DNA of 64,000 nt from Lytechinus pictus. Lineage: Eukaryota. A program made the position numbers and the translations under genes. The stretch spans positions 6,388,001 through 6,452,000 of the forward strand of contig NC_087250.1 in the NCBI RefSeq assembly GCF_037042905.1, in the 5' to 3' direction. The notes under the pieces are model-generated. The model had not been told where the DNA came from. It did no database searches and saw only the letters and a list, made by a program, of their open reading frames with translations. Positions 27,801 to 41,589 of this stretch are shown piece after piece (within the stretch, counting starts at the first letter, position 1; every line of letters starts with the position of its first letter).

Positions 27801-29149
27801 AATTTTAAGGTATCTATGAATTTGACATACATTAACTACTGAAGCATCACCAGGCTTAAACATTATAAAATGAACAAATTAAGTCATTATGATTAAGCTT
27901 AAACTACAGTACATACCATAAGCACTCGAGAAACACATGTGCATATAAAATGCCGATGTAACTTTATTGAAGCAAATCAAGTGGTCAATATACTTCATAA
28001 AACTCTTAGGTTAAGAAATACAAAAGTCATGTTAACTGTATGGGCAACAAATACTATACTCTACAAAACTCTTCAACTAATGGTTTAAATTAAACTCCAT
28101 ATATCTCATGTAATAAGGAACACCAAACAATTTTGATTAGAAAGCCACGATCCGAGGTGTACAAGACAATTTTTAACTTGAGGTGGAGTGGGCCTGTTTA
28201 TATAAGATATATGTAATAAAAGAAAGAGCAATCAAAAGAAACAAAAGTACTAGCAAAACGATGCTATATCTTGTTAAGGAGAACAAAACAGCAAAATAAA
28301 GCAAACTATAGAGCAAATGAATACTCCATGAAACTCCCAAAAACAAAACTAGACAAAAGCATAATATCCCTGATGTAAAGGAAAATATGTATGAAATAAA
28401 ATTATTTCAATAAGAAAAAAACATATACCCGAGTTGTTTAATTACAATATTAATATGGCAAGTCAGCATTATATTTTTGTTTGTGGGTGGGGTGGGGTGG
28501 GATGCAAACCCAAATGCTCGATCACTAAGCCAGAACCCAACGGGAACCCAATCCTGATACATACAGAAACCTGAAATTAAAGATTATGGATCTAAATAGC
28601 CAAAATAACAGTTACAGACTTAAAGTTTCATGTCTTCTGACTCCATAATTACCACAGGAATACCATATATTGGATATATACAAATTTGATCAATAAAACT
28701 GTAAAAGAGATATTCTAATAAACAGCTTTTGATTTGAGATTCAACGCGCAATATTCACTTTCCAACAATGAGCAGCTCGCGGCCAACAGGAGATAGGTAC
28801 CAGTGACGCCCTGGAATTGATCATTTTTTAAAATTCATCAATAAGAAATCATGTAAATTGCATGAAAACTATATACACCATTAATTTTTGGAGGAAGTTT
28901 TATATATGACAGGACCCTTTCATATAATTCGAAATATGTATGTTGCAGAGGGTTTATTCTTTATTGTATTCCTTTGCAGAAAAAGTCATGAAATGATGCA
29001 GCGTGATGTTTTAGTATTAACAAAATTATAAAAAATAAGAGTGAGAAAAAAAAATCCTCAGTCACAAATGGCTTTTTAGGTATAAAATTGCGCATAAGTC
29101 CGAGACAGTTTTATCACCAGACTTTAAATACAAGAACAAAGTCTGATTT

Positions 29150-30070
29150 AGAAGTAGCTTCTGGGATGAATGTGCAACATGGCCTGATAATGTAGCCTGG
29201 CATCGTAATATGAGCTAGCATTAAAAAATAACTTGGCTTAAAATTGAAACATCTAATAGTGTAACCAGACCTTACAATGTAACATGGCTTTATAACGTAA
29301 CCTGAAAATAACAAAGTAATCTAGCTTTAGTAGGCTTTAAAGTTGTAACCTGGCCTTAAAGTTAAACCTGCTTTAGAGAGCTACCTTACTAAACAGTAAC
29401 CTTGCTTTAAAATGTAACCTTCCTTAAAAATGTATCCTAATGTTTTAGCATAATCTGGGCCTAGTTGCCTGCAGTATAAGACATCACCGCATTGGTAAGA
29501 TCACACTGAGAGGACGCGCACTACTGTGTACGGTATTGATCAATGATATTGCTCGTTGCATATCATGTATGAGTCAAACTTAAATCTTTGTGAAACACCC
29601 CTTGAACCCATTGTGTAACCTTTCTCGTGGTGTAACATGGCCTGATATTGTAGCCCGGCCCTCTAATGTATGCTAGCATTAAAGAGCAACTTGGCTTAAA
29701 ATTGAAACATCTTATAGTGTATTACTGTAACCTGACCTTATAATGTAACCTGAAATTAAAAAGTAATCTTGCTTTAATCTAGGCTTTAGAGTTTGATACC
29801 CGTGTTTATTGTGTAACCTGGCCTTAAAGTTTAACATGCTTTAGAGTGTTACCTTCTTAAAACAGTAACCTGGCTTTAAAAAAATGTATCCTGACCTTTC
29901 AGTGTAATCTGGGCCTAGTTGCCTGCAGTATGAAAGACATCACCGCATTGGTTAGATCATGCCAAGAGGACGCAAACTATATGTACGGTAGGCCTATTGA
30001 TAAAAAAGATTATGCGTTACATTCCAGTGAGAGTTGCTATCATAACAACTTCTTTATGAAATGGGCCCTA
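29150..30070. repeat. Two ~470-bp tandem units built from TGTAACCTGG-like subrepeats
   Basis: GCTAGCATTAAA..ACTTGGCTTAAAATTGAAACATC and TAATCTGGGCCTAGTTGCCTGCAGTAT each occur twice, about 460-470 bp apart. Confidence 0.75.
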
Positions 30071-30099
30071 ATTTGTTCCTTGTAGAGAGTAGTCATCTT

Positions 30100-31973
30100 A
30101 AACAAGTAGATTGCCTCTGGCGGTCTCACCTGAATCATGCAATTCAATATAGCAGCAATGCTGACTTTGAAAACTACTATAACTCGCACAAGATGTTCAG
30201 TGATACCTGGTTATTCGTATTTTCATGTTTTATGAACTAGACCAATACACTTACAGAGATATGGTGGTAATTCAACAAATACCCCCAACGTGGCCAAATT
30301 TCATTGACCTTACATGACCTTTGACCTTGATGTTCCACAGTTAAAGTGAAATCCATGTCATTTTCACCAAACTTTGCACATAGATAATTTAGAACTTTAA
30401 TATTCGAAATGTGCAAAAATTAACATAGGTCCATGTGCTTGATTTTTTGTTACAGAGCTTCAAAGTTCACCCAAACTGGTGTTCTTAAGAATTGCACATT
30501 CAAAAGAATTTGGCATTTTAAGAGCGCCCAAGACTACTACAATGAGTTTAAACCTCTATTACTCAGTCAAAATACATGAAAAAGTCATCAAATTTCACAA
30601 GAGAGTTAATACTTGTATCATTAGAATGGATAATCTACTTATAGTGCTATTTGTTTGCAATTTTAAGTTTAAAAGCACTGTCAGTTCTTAAAAATGGCGT
30701 AAAAGATAACAAAATCCCAATCTAAAATATGTGAAATTTCAGTAACAAACTACACACGTACAATAAATGCTGCACTTTATTCAAAATCCATGCCCTTTTC
30801 ACAAAAAATTGCAGTTGTAGAGGAAGGTATAGCTAAGAGGTACACTCATTAAAAAATGGGGGTTCATGTGCTTGTTTTTAAACTATCAGCATTTTTATTA
30901 GAGCAAATGTGTTTTTTAAAACACAAAAAATGCGCCGAATGCTTTGTATGTGAAGAAAAAATCAAAACCACTCTACCATTTATTCAAACTCGGGGTAATA
31001 TTCGTGATTCTTGGGAGCACTGCAGAGTAAAGTATTTTGAAATTGTAGAGAATTATTTTTTGAATGGTCCATGGACTAATTCCATTTTTTAGCTTCATGA
31101 AATAACGCATCGGATCTGCAGTTAAGGTGCAGAAGATGAGAAAAATCAGCTCATACCCGTAGCTAATTAATCACCTGTTCATCCATTGTGACGTCGGCGC
31201 ACAGAGTGTAAACTATGCGCAGATCATAATGCGCACAAACATATTGAGGAACGTCCTTAAAGGGCCCAGCAACTGACAAATCAAGGGGAAATACGAAATT
31301 TGCAAAAGGCCAATTGACTTGCATAATATAATCCGTCCGTCGTTAGCGCCCGTTGGACTAATGCGATAAAAGTTCGGACAGCACGAATTTGACCGAACTG
31401 GTGATGGTTTTTACTTCGGATCATCGCAGTTCCAGTTTCCAACAATCCCAATTCCTAGACTCATGGCAGGTCTCTTGATTGCTAAACCAAAATAAATAAC
31501 CACTGTGAAGTTACATGATTCAAAGTGAAGACAGTTTACATCCGGTTGGTTAGTCTATTGCTCTCAAGATCTCCCAGACATGCCGGCGTCTATTACGTAA
31601 CACCACCAGGCATGCAGCCGAGTGAAAGATTAGAATCCCTTCTCTGTTCTGAAATAAGCCTTGATTTACCCATGATATGTGAATAAAAGGTCGCTTTAAC
31701 ATTCGGTTAAGATTTTTATGTTGATTCCTCCAACATGGTCTAAGTTCATTGATCCTAAATGACCTTTGACCTTGGTCATGTGGCATAAAACTCAAGCAGG
31801 ATGTTCAGTAATACTTGATTAAGCTTATGGCCTTTCATGAACTAGTCCATATGCTTTCTAAGTTATGCTGTCATTTCAAGAACTTAACCTTCGATTAAGA
31901 TTTCGTGTTGACGCCACCGCCGTCGGAATAGCGGCGCCTATAGTCTTACTCTGCTATGCAGGTGAGACAAAAA
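30100..31973 (-). mobile_element. HINE-like family A, copy 2, interrupted by an insertion starting ~30331
   Basis: Same ends as 2400-3272 (GCCTCTGGCGGTCTCACCTG ... ATGCAGGTGAGACAAAAA). Confidence 0.65.
30331..31257. mobile_element. Kolobok-like TIR element; inverted partial copy at ~42964-43490
   Basis: GTTCCACAGTTA at left, GAGGAACGTCC|TTAA at right. 30730-31257 is the reverse complement of 42964-43490, which begins TTAA|GGACGTTCCACAGTTA. Confidence 0.6.
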
Positions 31974-32871
31974 CTTCACAAATGGCTGCCAATCATCTGA
32001 ACAACTGAAATATTATGCTTTCATATATCTTTTTCGTGACTATATTTAAAAAGAAGAAAAATCTAAGTGCCTAAAAACTTGGTTCCACATTTTAAAACGA
32101 CAGGCAATATAACTAACAAATATCACAAAGACACTGGGATCTGATCTCACTAATACATATGTTTGGTGGCAATGAGTTGTAAACATCATATGCTTCAATA
32201 AAAAAATACCAGTCAGAGTTTAACTCTAGATACATGTACAAAAGGGATCAAAATTGACTCTCTTCTACACAGCAATTTCAGCAAAAGTCAGAGATGTGAA
32301 TAGCTATTTGCTTTTTAAATTTTACTTAAATGGATATATACCACACATTTCCTTTTGGGTTTTTGCCTTTAACACACAATTTGATAAAGCAGCAACTTTT
32401 CCACAATACGATGACATCATTCTCATGGCTCAGCGAACGATAATAAGTTAAAGTTAATTTTTTTTAAACAATTCTTTGATTTTCTCCATTCAATCAGGAA
32501 CAATACATGTATTTGGTGTTCCATTTCCTCCCACAATCAGGAAGGCCGTAGTGCTGAAAGATCTGCCTTTTCTTCATCAAAGAATGGGTGGATATCTTTC
32601 CATAGGTCCTCTTCCCTTTCCTTGGAATGTTCAATTGTTGACTTAACTAGGGGCATCTGAAAAGTATTAGGATGTCCAAAGAGTTCACAATGAGGGATAA
32701 TTTTTCTTCCTCTGCATTGCTTGCCTTCTTCATGTTCCAGTCATAAACAATGCCTTGTTCCGATAACTTAAATCTGCAAGTTGGATGAAAGGATATGAAA
32801 AGTGTTATAAAAATACTTACATTGCTCACTAATTTCTTCATGATTTGGAGAGCACTATCGAGATTAGAGTA

Positions 32872-34137
32872 AAAGAAGTGGAGCGCCTCTGGCAGTCTCA
32901 CCTGCATCACGCGATTCAAGAAAGCAGCAGCGCTGACTTTGAATACTACTGTCTATAACATAATCATTCACAAAAAACAAAATTCATGTAATACAATAAT
33001 ATGTTCATTGACAATAGATGACATTTGACCTTGATCATCCAACCTAAGACTTGTCAGTGATACTTGATTACCCCTGTATTCACATTGTATAAACGCAATT
33101 TATAAACTTTGAATGTTATGACAGCAACCAATAATTACCTAAAAATGGCAAGTTCATTGACTTTATATTACCTTTGACTTTGGTCATGTGACCTGAAACT
33201 AGCATGGGATGTTCAGTGATACTTGATTACTCCTATGTTCAAGTAATATGAATCAGATCCATAAACTTTTAAAGTTATGGTACTTTAACAAATACCCCCA
33301 AATTGGTCAAAGTTCATTGACCCTAAATGACCTTTGACCTAGGTCATATGACCTGAAACTCCCACAGGATGTTCAGTAATATAAATGATTACTCTCATGT
33401 CCAAGGTTTATGAATAATATCCATAAAGTTTTGAAGTTATAATGGTAATTCAACAAATACCCCCAACTTGGCCAAGGTTCATTGACCTTAAATGACATTT
33501 GACCTTGGTCATGTGACCTGAAACTCGCACAGGATGTTCAGTGATATCTGATTACTCTTGTGTTTAAGGTTTATGAATAATTTCCATAAAGTTTCAAAGT
33601 TATGATGGTAACTCAACAAATACCCCCAACTTGGCCAAAGTTCATTGACCTTCAATGAGCACTGACCTTAGTCATGTGACCCGAAACTCGCACAGGATGT
33701 TTGGTGATACTTTATTACTCTCATGTCCAAGTTTTATGAATCATATCTATAAACTTTCAAAGTTATCATGGCAATTCAACAAATACCCCCAACTTGGTAA
33801 AAGTTTATTGACCCTAAAAGACTATTGACCTTGGTCATGCGACCTGAAACTCAGGCAGGATGTTCAGTAATACTTGATTAACCTTATGGGCATTTTCACG
33901 GTAACTGACGTTACTTGACACAATTTTACACACTTTTCATTGTGTGTATGATTATCTCTAAAACAACAAATGAAAACAGTGTAAAATTGTGCCATGTAAC
34001 ATCAGTTACCGGGAAAGTGCCCTTATGCCCAAGTTTCATGAAATAGGCCCATATACTTTTTAAGTTATGCTGTCATTTCAAAAACGCCATCGGAAAAGCG
34101 GCGCCTATATTCTCACTCTGCTATGCAGGTGAAACAA
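32872..34137 (-). mobile_element. HINE-like family A, copy 3, with ~163-bp tandem array and a small nested MITE (~33888-34022)
   Basis: Family A ends; AAATACCCCC recurs at ~33291, 33456, 33618 and 33781; GGGCATTTTCACGGTAACTGA / TCAGTTACCGGGAAAGTGCCC nested TIRs. Confidence 0.7.
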
Positions 34138-34352
34138 TGGCCTTAATAGAGTCTATTGAAGCCAGTTTGTGACTGTTATCGCAATAGCGCACAGTGCTCT
34201 CCACAAGAGGTTTTGAAAAAAAAAATGTCTATCTAGACCAACTTTAACTTTTAATTTGTTCATAGATTCAATTGTGTATTGTATATGTATTCAAAATATA
34301 AACAATAATAGTAATATATGATCTGATTCTGGTGCGCACAAATTTGTGAGGA

Positions 34353-36285
34353 ATTAATCCTGCAGGTACCCATTTACCTCACCTAGGTTAAATGCAGCAA
34401 TGTGGGTACATTTCTTGCAAAAGGAAAACATTCCATGGCTTGGAATAGAATCCACGTCCTTCAGATTGTAAGACAAGAGTCTTAATCCTGAAAAGGCTGG
34501 GGGTCCTGATTCAGCCCCCCCCCCCTCGAATTTTGTTGCAATAAATCTGCCGCGCAAAATTTTTTAGAGCGCTTCACTCACTGACAATTTGCTCTTTCTT
34601 TTTTGTCAAGTCCCACACAACTTTTAAAACCAAAATTGTTCCACTCACATACATAGCTCCGAAATTATGCAACATATCGTAAGTGAATGCAGACCCCAAC
34701 TTGCTCAAAAACATGAATTTGTGTGCAAACCCAATGCAAATAGTGTTTAAAGACAAAATTCATCAATGTGTCATTATTTCTCCTTTTACTGATAAAATTC
34801 AATTAATTTCAACTTACTAATGGCAAAAATAAACTCCCCAACAATTTTCATTGACAATTTTTTTTTTTAAGTTGAAAAACTATGTTTAGAAAACAATAGA
34901 ATACATAACAAACTATATGTGTAGTTGAATTTAAAAAAAAATACTTTTGATCAGATTCCTATAAAGAGTCTGTGAAACAAAAAGAAAACAAAATCAGCTT
35001 TTACGGGCATTATTCAGTTAATTACAGCAAATATTTGATTTCATGCATAAATTAGCTTACTTAATTAGCAATGTGATTTTTAGCAGAATTTGACTTAATA
35101 GTTTTGTACATTATGCCATGGGTAATATGCGGTTCTAGAACAATTACCCCCTGGATAATTCCCCCCCCCCCCCCCAGACAACTACCCCTTGACAATTACC
35201 CCCAAGGTTACCTACTGAGGACAACTACCCCCCCCCCGGACAATTACCCCCAGGACAATCAAAACCCAGACAATTACCCCCCGGACAATCCCCCCCCCCC
35301 GACAATTACCCCCTGAGGGCAATTACCTTCCGGACAATTACCCCCAAACAATTACCTCATGGACATATACCCCAGGACAATTACCCCCGGAAAATCCCCC
35401 CTTCTCTCCGGCATCGATGTTAGAATCAAGCAGGACCCATTTAAGTCTTGGTCAGTGGTATAGGTTTTCGAAATATCTTCTACTTTATCTTATGTAAATA
35501 ACTTTCTCTTTCTCTTTTATATTAATCTTTCTCCTTCTCTCTCTCTCTCTCTCACACTCTCTTTTTTCTGTGCTTTTTCCCTTTTTCTTCCTTTTCCAAC
35601 TTTTATCTTCCTTTTCTTTTTGTTTAGCGGTGCCTTCTGCATCATGGAAAATGGAGGGGGGGGGGGGGCTTGCGCCCCAAACGCATATATGCATAACAAA
35701 ATATGTAAACTGGCCCTCATACTAAGTTTTCATGAAACAATTGAATATTCATGAAAGGACACGAGTAGACATAACAATCACAAATGCTGAGAATCTCTGA
35801 TTCCTACTGATCTGATTTTTTTTTTTGGGGGGGGGGTTTATTTCAGGAAAAAATCAGGCAAATAGATAAAACGTTAAAAAGACACCTTAACAGGTGGAAA
35901 TTGGGTAATTGTTCCCTTAGGTAATTGTCCTCGGGGGTGGGGGTTATTGTCCTCAGGGGGTAACTGTATGTGGGTAATTGCCCAGTGGGTATTTATCTGG
36001 GAGGTAATTGTCCGGGGTCTTTGTCCGGGGAGTAATGGTCCGGGGGGTAATTTTCCAAGGGGGTAATTGTCCAAGGGGTAGTTGTCCAGGGATAATTGTC
36101 ATCGGGGAGTAATTGCTCGGGGGTAGTTGTCCTGATACAGTAACATGCATGCCAATTTTCGTCAAAATCGCACGATTGATGGCCGAGATCATAAAGGGGG
36201 GCTGAATAAGCCCCCCCCCCCTCGTCTTCTTGGTCATTGAAATAGCCCAGTCTATTTTGGGTTAACCACTAGACCATGACGCCCC
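34353..36285 (-). mobile_element. tRNA-derived SINE split at TTAA by insertion 34486-36261
   Basis: Removing 34486-36261 and one TTAA rejoins GGGGCGTCATGGTCTAGTGGTTAAGACTCTTGTCTTACAATCTGAAGGACGTGG (minus strand), a tRNA-like head. Confidence 0.75.
34486..36261. mobile_element. TTAA-specific (piggyBac-like) non-autonomous element containing a foldback insertion (~35131-36137)
   Basis: TTAA at both ends and degenerate TIRs. Inside are GGACAATTACCCC arrays (35135-35400) with inverted GGGGTAATTGTCC arrays (35900-36135). Confidence 0.65.
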
Positions 36286-36985
36286 GACGCATAGTCTCAT
36301 GGACCCTCTTGCTTGGGCGTCAGGGTGAGGGTAGCCGATTGGAAGTTAAAAAATTGGAAGCACAGTGGATCATGGGAAAGATCAAAGATTTCATAGTGGG
36401 ATGACCTTAAAACAGAAGCGACCTTATCAGCTAAGTTTATTAATGCTGATAATGGGGGGGGGGGGGGTGAAAAGCAAATAAGAAATAAAGGGGTTTTCCT
36501 TGGCAACAATGTGTTTCATAATCGTATTACCAACAATTAAATCGAAAAAAAAAGCTCAGTTGGTAATTAAATCTAGACTTTCCAAAAACTTTCATGAAAA
36601 TTATATGTTCCATTTTCAGTTAATTTATGGTGAATTTAAGGGGAATATATTTTTAATGCTATTATAAAAGAAGTTTCAAGCTCAAGTCTCTGTTTCCAAT
36701 TTTTAGTAATATGGTTCAAAGATATCCAAGTAACAAAAAAAATAAATAAATGACATACCTAGCAATATGGAATGGCAATTGAAACTTAACTTTCATGACA
36801 TTGCTAATCCCTAATTTGGAGGTAATTTTTTTTACGGTGACTTGTACGAGAGATCTTTATTTGAAAGTGTGCATCACTATGAATAGGGATGTTTAAAAAC
36901 AAATTAAAAAAAATTATATCACAGTACAGTTTGCTTGTATACAAGTAGCTTGTTAAAAAACACAACTTTATATATAACAACTCAC

Positions 36986-37124
36986 CCTGGTACTAGAAAC
37001 ATGATCCCCAAATCAAAAGAGAGATTTCTTGTTCAATGCTGCAAATAAGCAGAGTGCCTGGACTTCTGCCTCCTTCCAGTTTGTTCTTCTTTCTTTATCT
37101 CTTCTCACAATCTGTATGATTTAC
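36986..37124 (-). pseudogene. Degenerate Myb/SANT-like (trihelix/Harbinger-accessory type) exon
   Basis: AG/GT-bounded minus-strand segment reading IVRRDKERRTNWKEAEVQALCLFAALNKKSLF*FGDHVSSTR (RxxNWxxxExxxL pattern) with one in-frame stop. Confidence 0.4.
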
Positions 37125-37692
37125 CTGTAGTGTAAGTAAAACCAAACTTTCATAGTTAACAGATTAAGAGTTTCATTTTTTTTGTATAAACTACCACAGA
37201 ACCCCCTTCTTTAAAAATCCTTAATATTGGTTAACATTTGTAGTAGTTTCATTGGCTCTATACAGAAGTGTGTGAAAATGAATTGTATCCATGTACATCA
37301 AATGTCATTCTCCAAGGCCACGATGGTAATTTATTATGCAAAAATGATAATAGTAACATTTTCGTAGCCCTAATAAGACATTTTCGAGAGTAATCTGCTG
37401 CACAATTTTTTTTTACCGCATCGCTCACTGACTCTTTACTTTCTTTTAATTGTCACGTCTCACGCAGCTTTTGAGACAAAGATTGAGACCCCGAATACAC
37501 GGCAATAATTTCTAAACGCAGACCCAAAATTGCAAATTAAATGTGAATTTGTGTACCAATCCATTGCAAGTAGGTTTTTTTACCCAAAAATCATAAATGT
37601 ATAATAATTTTATTTTACTAATTTAAATCAATTAATTTCGTCTTGTTTAAGGTCAAAATAAAGTCCCCGACAATTTCCTTTGAAAAAACAAT

Positions 37693-38028
37693 AAACGAGT
37701 GGAATGCACTTGCATTACGCGATTCGATATAGCAGCAGTGCTGACTTAGAAAACAGCTATTGAATAATTTTTCACAAAAAAATACACATTCGTTTACCGT
37801 CTTGTCAGAGATATTTGACCTTGGTCATGTGACCTGAAACTCAGGCAGGATGTTCAGTAATACTTGATTGACCTATGTCTAAGTTCCATGAACTTGGTCC
37901 ATATACTACAAGTTATGCTGTCATTTAAACAAAATTAACCTTTGGTTTAATAAGATTTGGTGTTGACACCGCTGCCGTCGGAAAAGTGGCGCCTGTAGTC
38001 TCACTCTGCAATGCAGGTGAGACAAAAA
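37693..38028 (-). mobile_element. HINE-like family A, copy 4 (short)
   Basis: GCATTACGCGATTCGATATAGCAGCAGTG ... GGCGCCTGTAGTCTCACTCTGCAATGCAGGTGAGACAAAAA. Confidence 0.65.
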
Positions 38029-38286
38029 TGGAAAAAAAAGGAAAACAACACCCTCTTCAAATAAAAGTTTGGGATGTTGTCATGCTCACGACACTAGAGT
38101 GCTATAAGAGATTAACTTACATTATTCATATATACTGACATAGCTATACCAAACTCGGAAACAGCCTAGATACAGGTTTATCTTCAGAAAACGAAGCTCA
38201 AGAAAATTAAACTAGAAATTTGATATGTCCAAAGGACACAAATGCCCCTGCTTAACGCGATCAGAAATTCATTGAATATGATATGT

Positions 38287-38442
38287 GGAGGTGCCGTGAC
38301 CGAGTGGTCTAAGGTGCCGACTATACATTGAAAGTCTGGGGTTCGATCCCCGGCCACGGCACCTATGTCCGTGAGCAAAGCAATTAATCGACACTGCTCT
38401 TTTATCCTGTATTCAAATAAACAGAAAATGCTATATGCATTC
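38287..38442 (+). mobile_element. tRNA-derived SINE, 5' part (3' remainder at ~41867-41905)
   Basis: GGTGCCGTGACCGAGTGGTCTAAGG (A box) ... GGTTCGATCCCCGGCCACGGCACC (B box and acceptor-like stem), followed by a non-tRNA tail. Confidence 0.8.
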
Positions 38443-38447
38443 CGTAT

Positions 38448-41400
38448 GTGCATTCTCTCGATATTAAACCAGTATTAAAGTGTGATCATAATGCTGTTTC
38501 GATGAAACTTCAGGTGACAACAAAAAAGAGAGGAAAGGGTTTTTGGAAATTGAACAATTCCTTACTTGGTGATGAAATGTATAAAAAAGGCATAACAAAT
38601 GTTATTAAAAAGATCAAAATGGAATATAACAATTTTGATAATCAATTGAAGTGGGAGATGTGTAAAGTTAAAATAAAGGAGTTCAGCATTAAATATGCTT
38701 CTGATGTGTCAAGGAAGAAGAGGGAACAGATAACACACATTGAAAAAAGATATAATCAACTTTGTGAAAAACTTGATAAAGATCAACGTAGCAAAGATGT
38801 AGACGAAATTAGTCGTTTAAAACGTGAGATCAATAAATGGTATGAATATCAATGTAAAGGTGCGTATGTTCGCTCAAGAGCAAGGTGGCTAGAGTTTGGA
38901 GAGAAATCGTCTAAATATTTCTTCCAGCTTGAAAAAGCAAAAGGCAAAAAGAAAGAAATAGACTGTATCGATATAAATGGAAAGATTATTAAGGAAGATG
39001 GGAAAATTTTGTCAAATATACATGAATTCTATACTAAACTGTATCAAAAAGTTGATGTAAGATCTGATTTTAAAGAATATATAGGTAACTTAAAGTTATA
39101 TGTTTTGAATGATGAAGAAGGAAATATATGTGAGGGAAAGCTTACAGAAAATGAATGCTGGCTCGCACTAAAGTCAATGAATCTGAACAAGTCTCCGGGT
39201 AGTGACGGCCTAAGTGTTGAATTTTATAAATGCTTTTGGGAGGATTTGAAACAGATGGTAGTTGCCAGCCTGAATCAGGGATATGACAAAACACAATTGT
39301 CCTCAACTCAAAGTCAAGCCATCCTTACTCTTTTGTATAAAAAGGGCAACAAAAATCTTCTAGATAATTGGCGGCCCATATCACTTCTTAATATAGACTA
39401 CAAATTAGCAGCTCGTGTTTTGACTGTTAGATTGAAGAAAATTATTCATTGCATTGTATCTGAAGATCAGTTTGGTTTTATGAAAAATCGTTCTGCACCT
39501 GAATGCATTAGACTTGTACAGGACACAATTGATTTTTGTCAAAGTACTGAGACACCTGGTATCATTATGTCATTAGACTTTAAGAAAGCCTTTGACACCG
39601 TTAATCATAATTTCTTATTCACCTTACTAGAAGAACTTGGTTTTAAAAATTCGTTTATTAAATGGATTAAGACTTTGTATAATAACGCCAGTGGTAAAAT
39701 AATTAATTATGGTTGGATATCTAAAAGGTTTTCGATTAACAGGGGTGTAAGACAAGGATGTCCATTGTCTGCCCTTTTGTTTATTATTTTGGCAGAAGTT
39801 TTAGCAGCAAAAGTTAAACAGAATTCAAAAATTAGAGGTATTCAAGTACCTAGCCCTGAATCAGATTGTCCAGATTTCATAGATATTCGCATAGTTCAGT
39901 TTGCAGATGATACTACAATTTTTTGCAGATTCTGTCAACTCTGTTAAAGAATAAGGAGAGAAGTAGAAAATTTTGGTAGAAATGCCGGTCCCAAAATTAA
40001 TTGGTCAAAATCTAAGTTCATGAGATTTAATATCAATGTCCAAAACACCGAGGATTTAGAATTTACAGAAAATGCTATAAAATGTTTCGGGGTTTATGTT
40101 GGAAAATTTCATAGAGAAGTTGAAAACTTAAATTGGGAAGGAAAAGAGAACAAAATAAAAAGTACTTTAGATTTATGGAAAATGCGAAAACTAACTTTGT
40201 ATGGGAAGGTTACGGTCATAAAGCATCTAGTCACTTCTCAATTAGTATATACAGCAATAGCAGTCCCAGTACCATTGAAAATAATCAAATTGATTATTAG
40301 ATTAATATACTCTTTTTTATGGAATTCCAAAGTTGAAAAGGTCAAGCGAAATGTATGCTGTAATTCTGAAATAGAAGGAGGCCTCAGAATGGTCAATTTA
40401 CTTTACAAATTTTCTTCTCTTCGTTTATCATGGATTCAAAAGTATATCTCAGGTGAAAAAAAACCATGGAAAATTTTATTCAATTGTTGGATCAGTAAAA
40501 TTTCTGACATTCCTATGTGTTTGAAATTTAATTGCCAAAAAAATGATATAATAAGAATATGCAAAAGAAAACAATTACCAGTGTTTTACATTGACCTTTT
40601 TAGATCGTGGTCTGAAATAAAGTATATGCACATGTTTAATGTTTGCAATGTAAACCAAGAAATTATCTGGTATAATAGTAATATAAAACATGAGAAAGAA
40701 ACGTTATTTTTTCAAAACTGGATCAAAGAGGGGATTTATACAGTGGGACAGGTTATAGAAGATGGGAATTGGAAAGATTTTTCATTTATTAGCAACTATT
40801 TTAACCGCAGACAATTGCTTACTTCTTTCGAATTGTCAAAACTCAAAAAGGCATTTCCACACTTCTGGTTAGAGAAATTACGTAATACAAGAATCCCACC
40901 ACGGCTACAAAAAGAAGAACCCAATGTGATTGAGTTAGCAACAGGTGACTTAATAAATGTCGAGAAAATGTCAGCTAAACACTATTATAGTTTGTTAGTG
41001 GATAAATATAAAGAAGAACCCGTTTGTTTACATTTTTGGCAAGACCGTTTAGACTTGTCAAACGAATTTGATTGGAGTGAAGTATTTAAATTCAAATTTC
41101 AGCAAATTAATGACAATAAAATAAAACAATTTAATTTTAAACTTTTTCACAGAATATTGCCCAGTAAAGACAATTTATGCAAATGGGGAATTTCGAATGA
41201 TAATTTATGTCGTACTTGCAATTGCAAGGAAACTATATGTCATTTTTTATTGACGTGCAAAAAACTGAGGTTATTTTGGAAAATAGTTTCGTGTCTTATT
41301 CGGAATATTTTTGGCCTTGATATTGACATTAATGAAAAAATTATTATTATAGGATATGATATAGGCAACCGAAAAACAAAACTCGTCAATTTCATCCTTA

Positions 41401-41588
41401 ATTATGCCCAATATACTGTATATAAGAATTATGTCAAAGAATGTAATGATCAAAAGAAACATGTGTTACATGGAAACTATCTATTGAAAGATTTGAAAGC
41501 AGAAATAAGATTTCACCTAAGTTTAAAGTATAATCAGAAAAGATTTAATGAAACTGAGTTGCGGAAGATACGTTTTTACTTTGAGTGA
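38448..41588 (+). pseudogene. LINE ORF2 (end of endonuclease, RT, C-terminal CCHC), one frameshift near 39920
   Basis: DH..GFWKLNNSLL, KSPGSDG, NWRPISLLN, LDFKKAFD, GVRQGCPLS, QFADDT, and CRTC...ETICHFLLTC. Confidence 0.9.
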
Positions 41589-41589
41589 A

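Noticed and set aside
38287..38365. Possible tRNA gene
   Set aside because: The anticodon arm is degenerate, there is no immediate poly-T terminator, and it continues into a SINE body with an A-rich tail.
38287..38500. SINE-LINE template-switch chimera
   Set aside because: The 10-bp TSD and resumption of the SINE after the LINE A-tail show a simple nested insertion.
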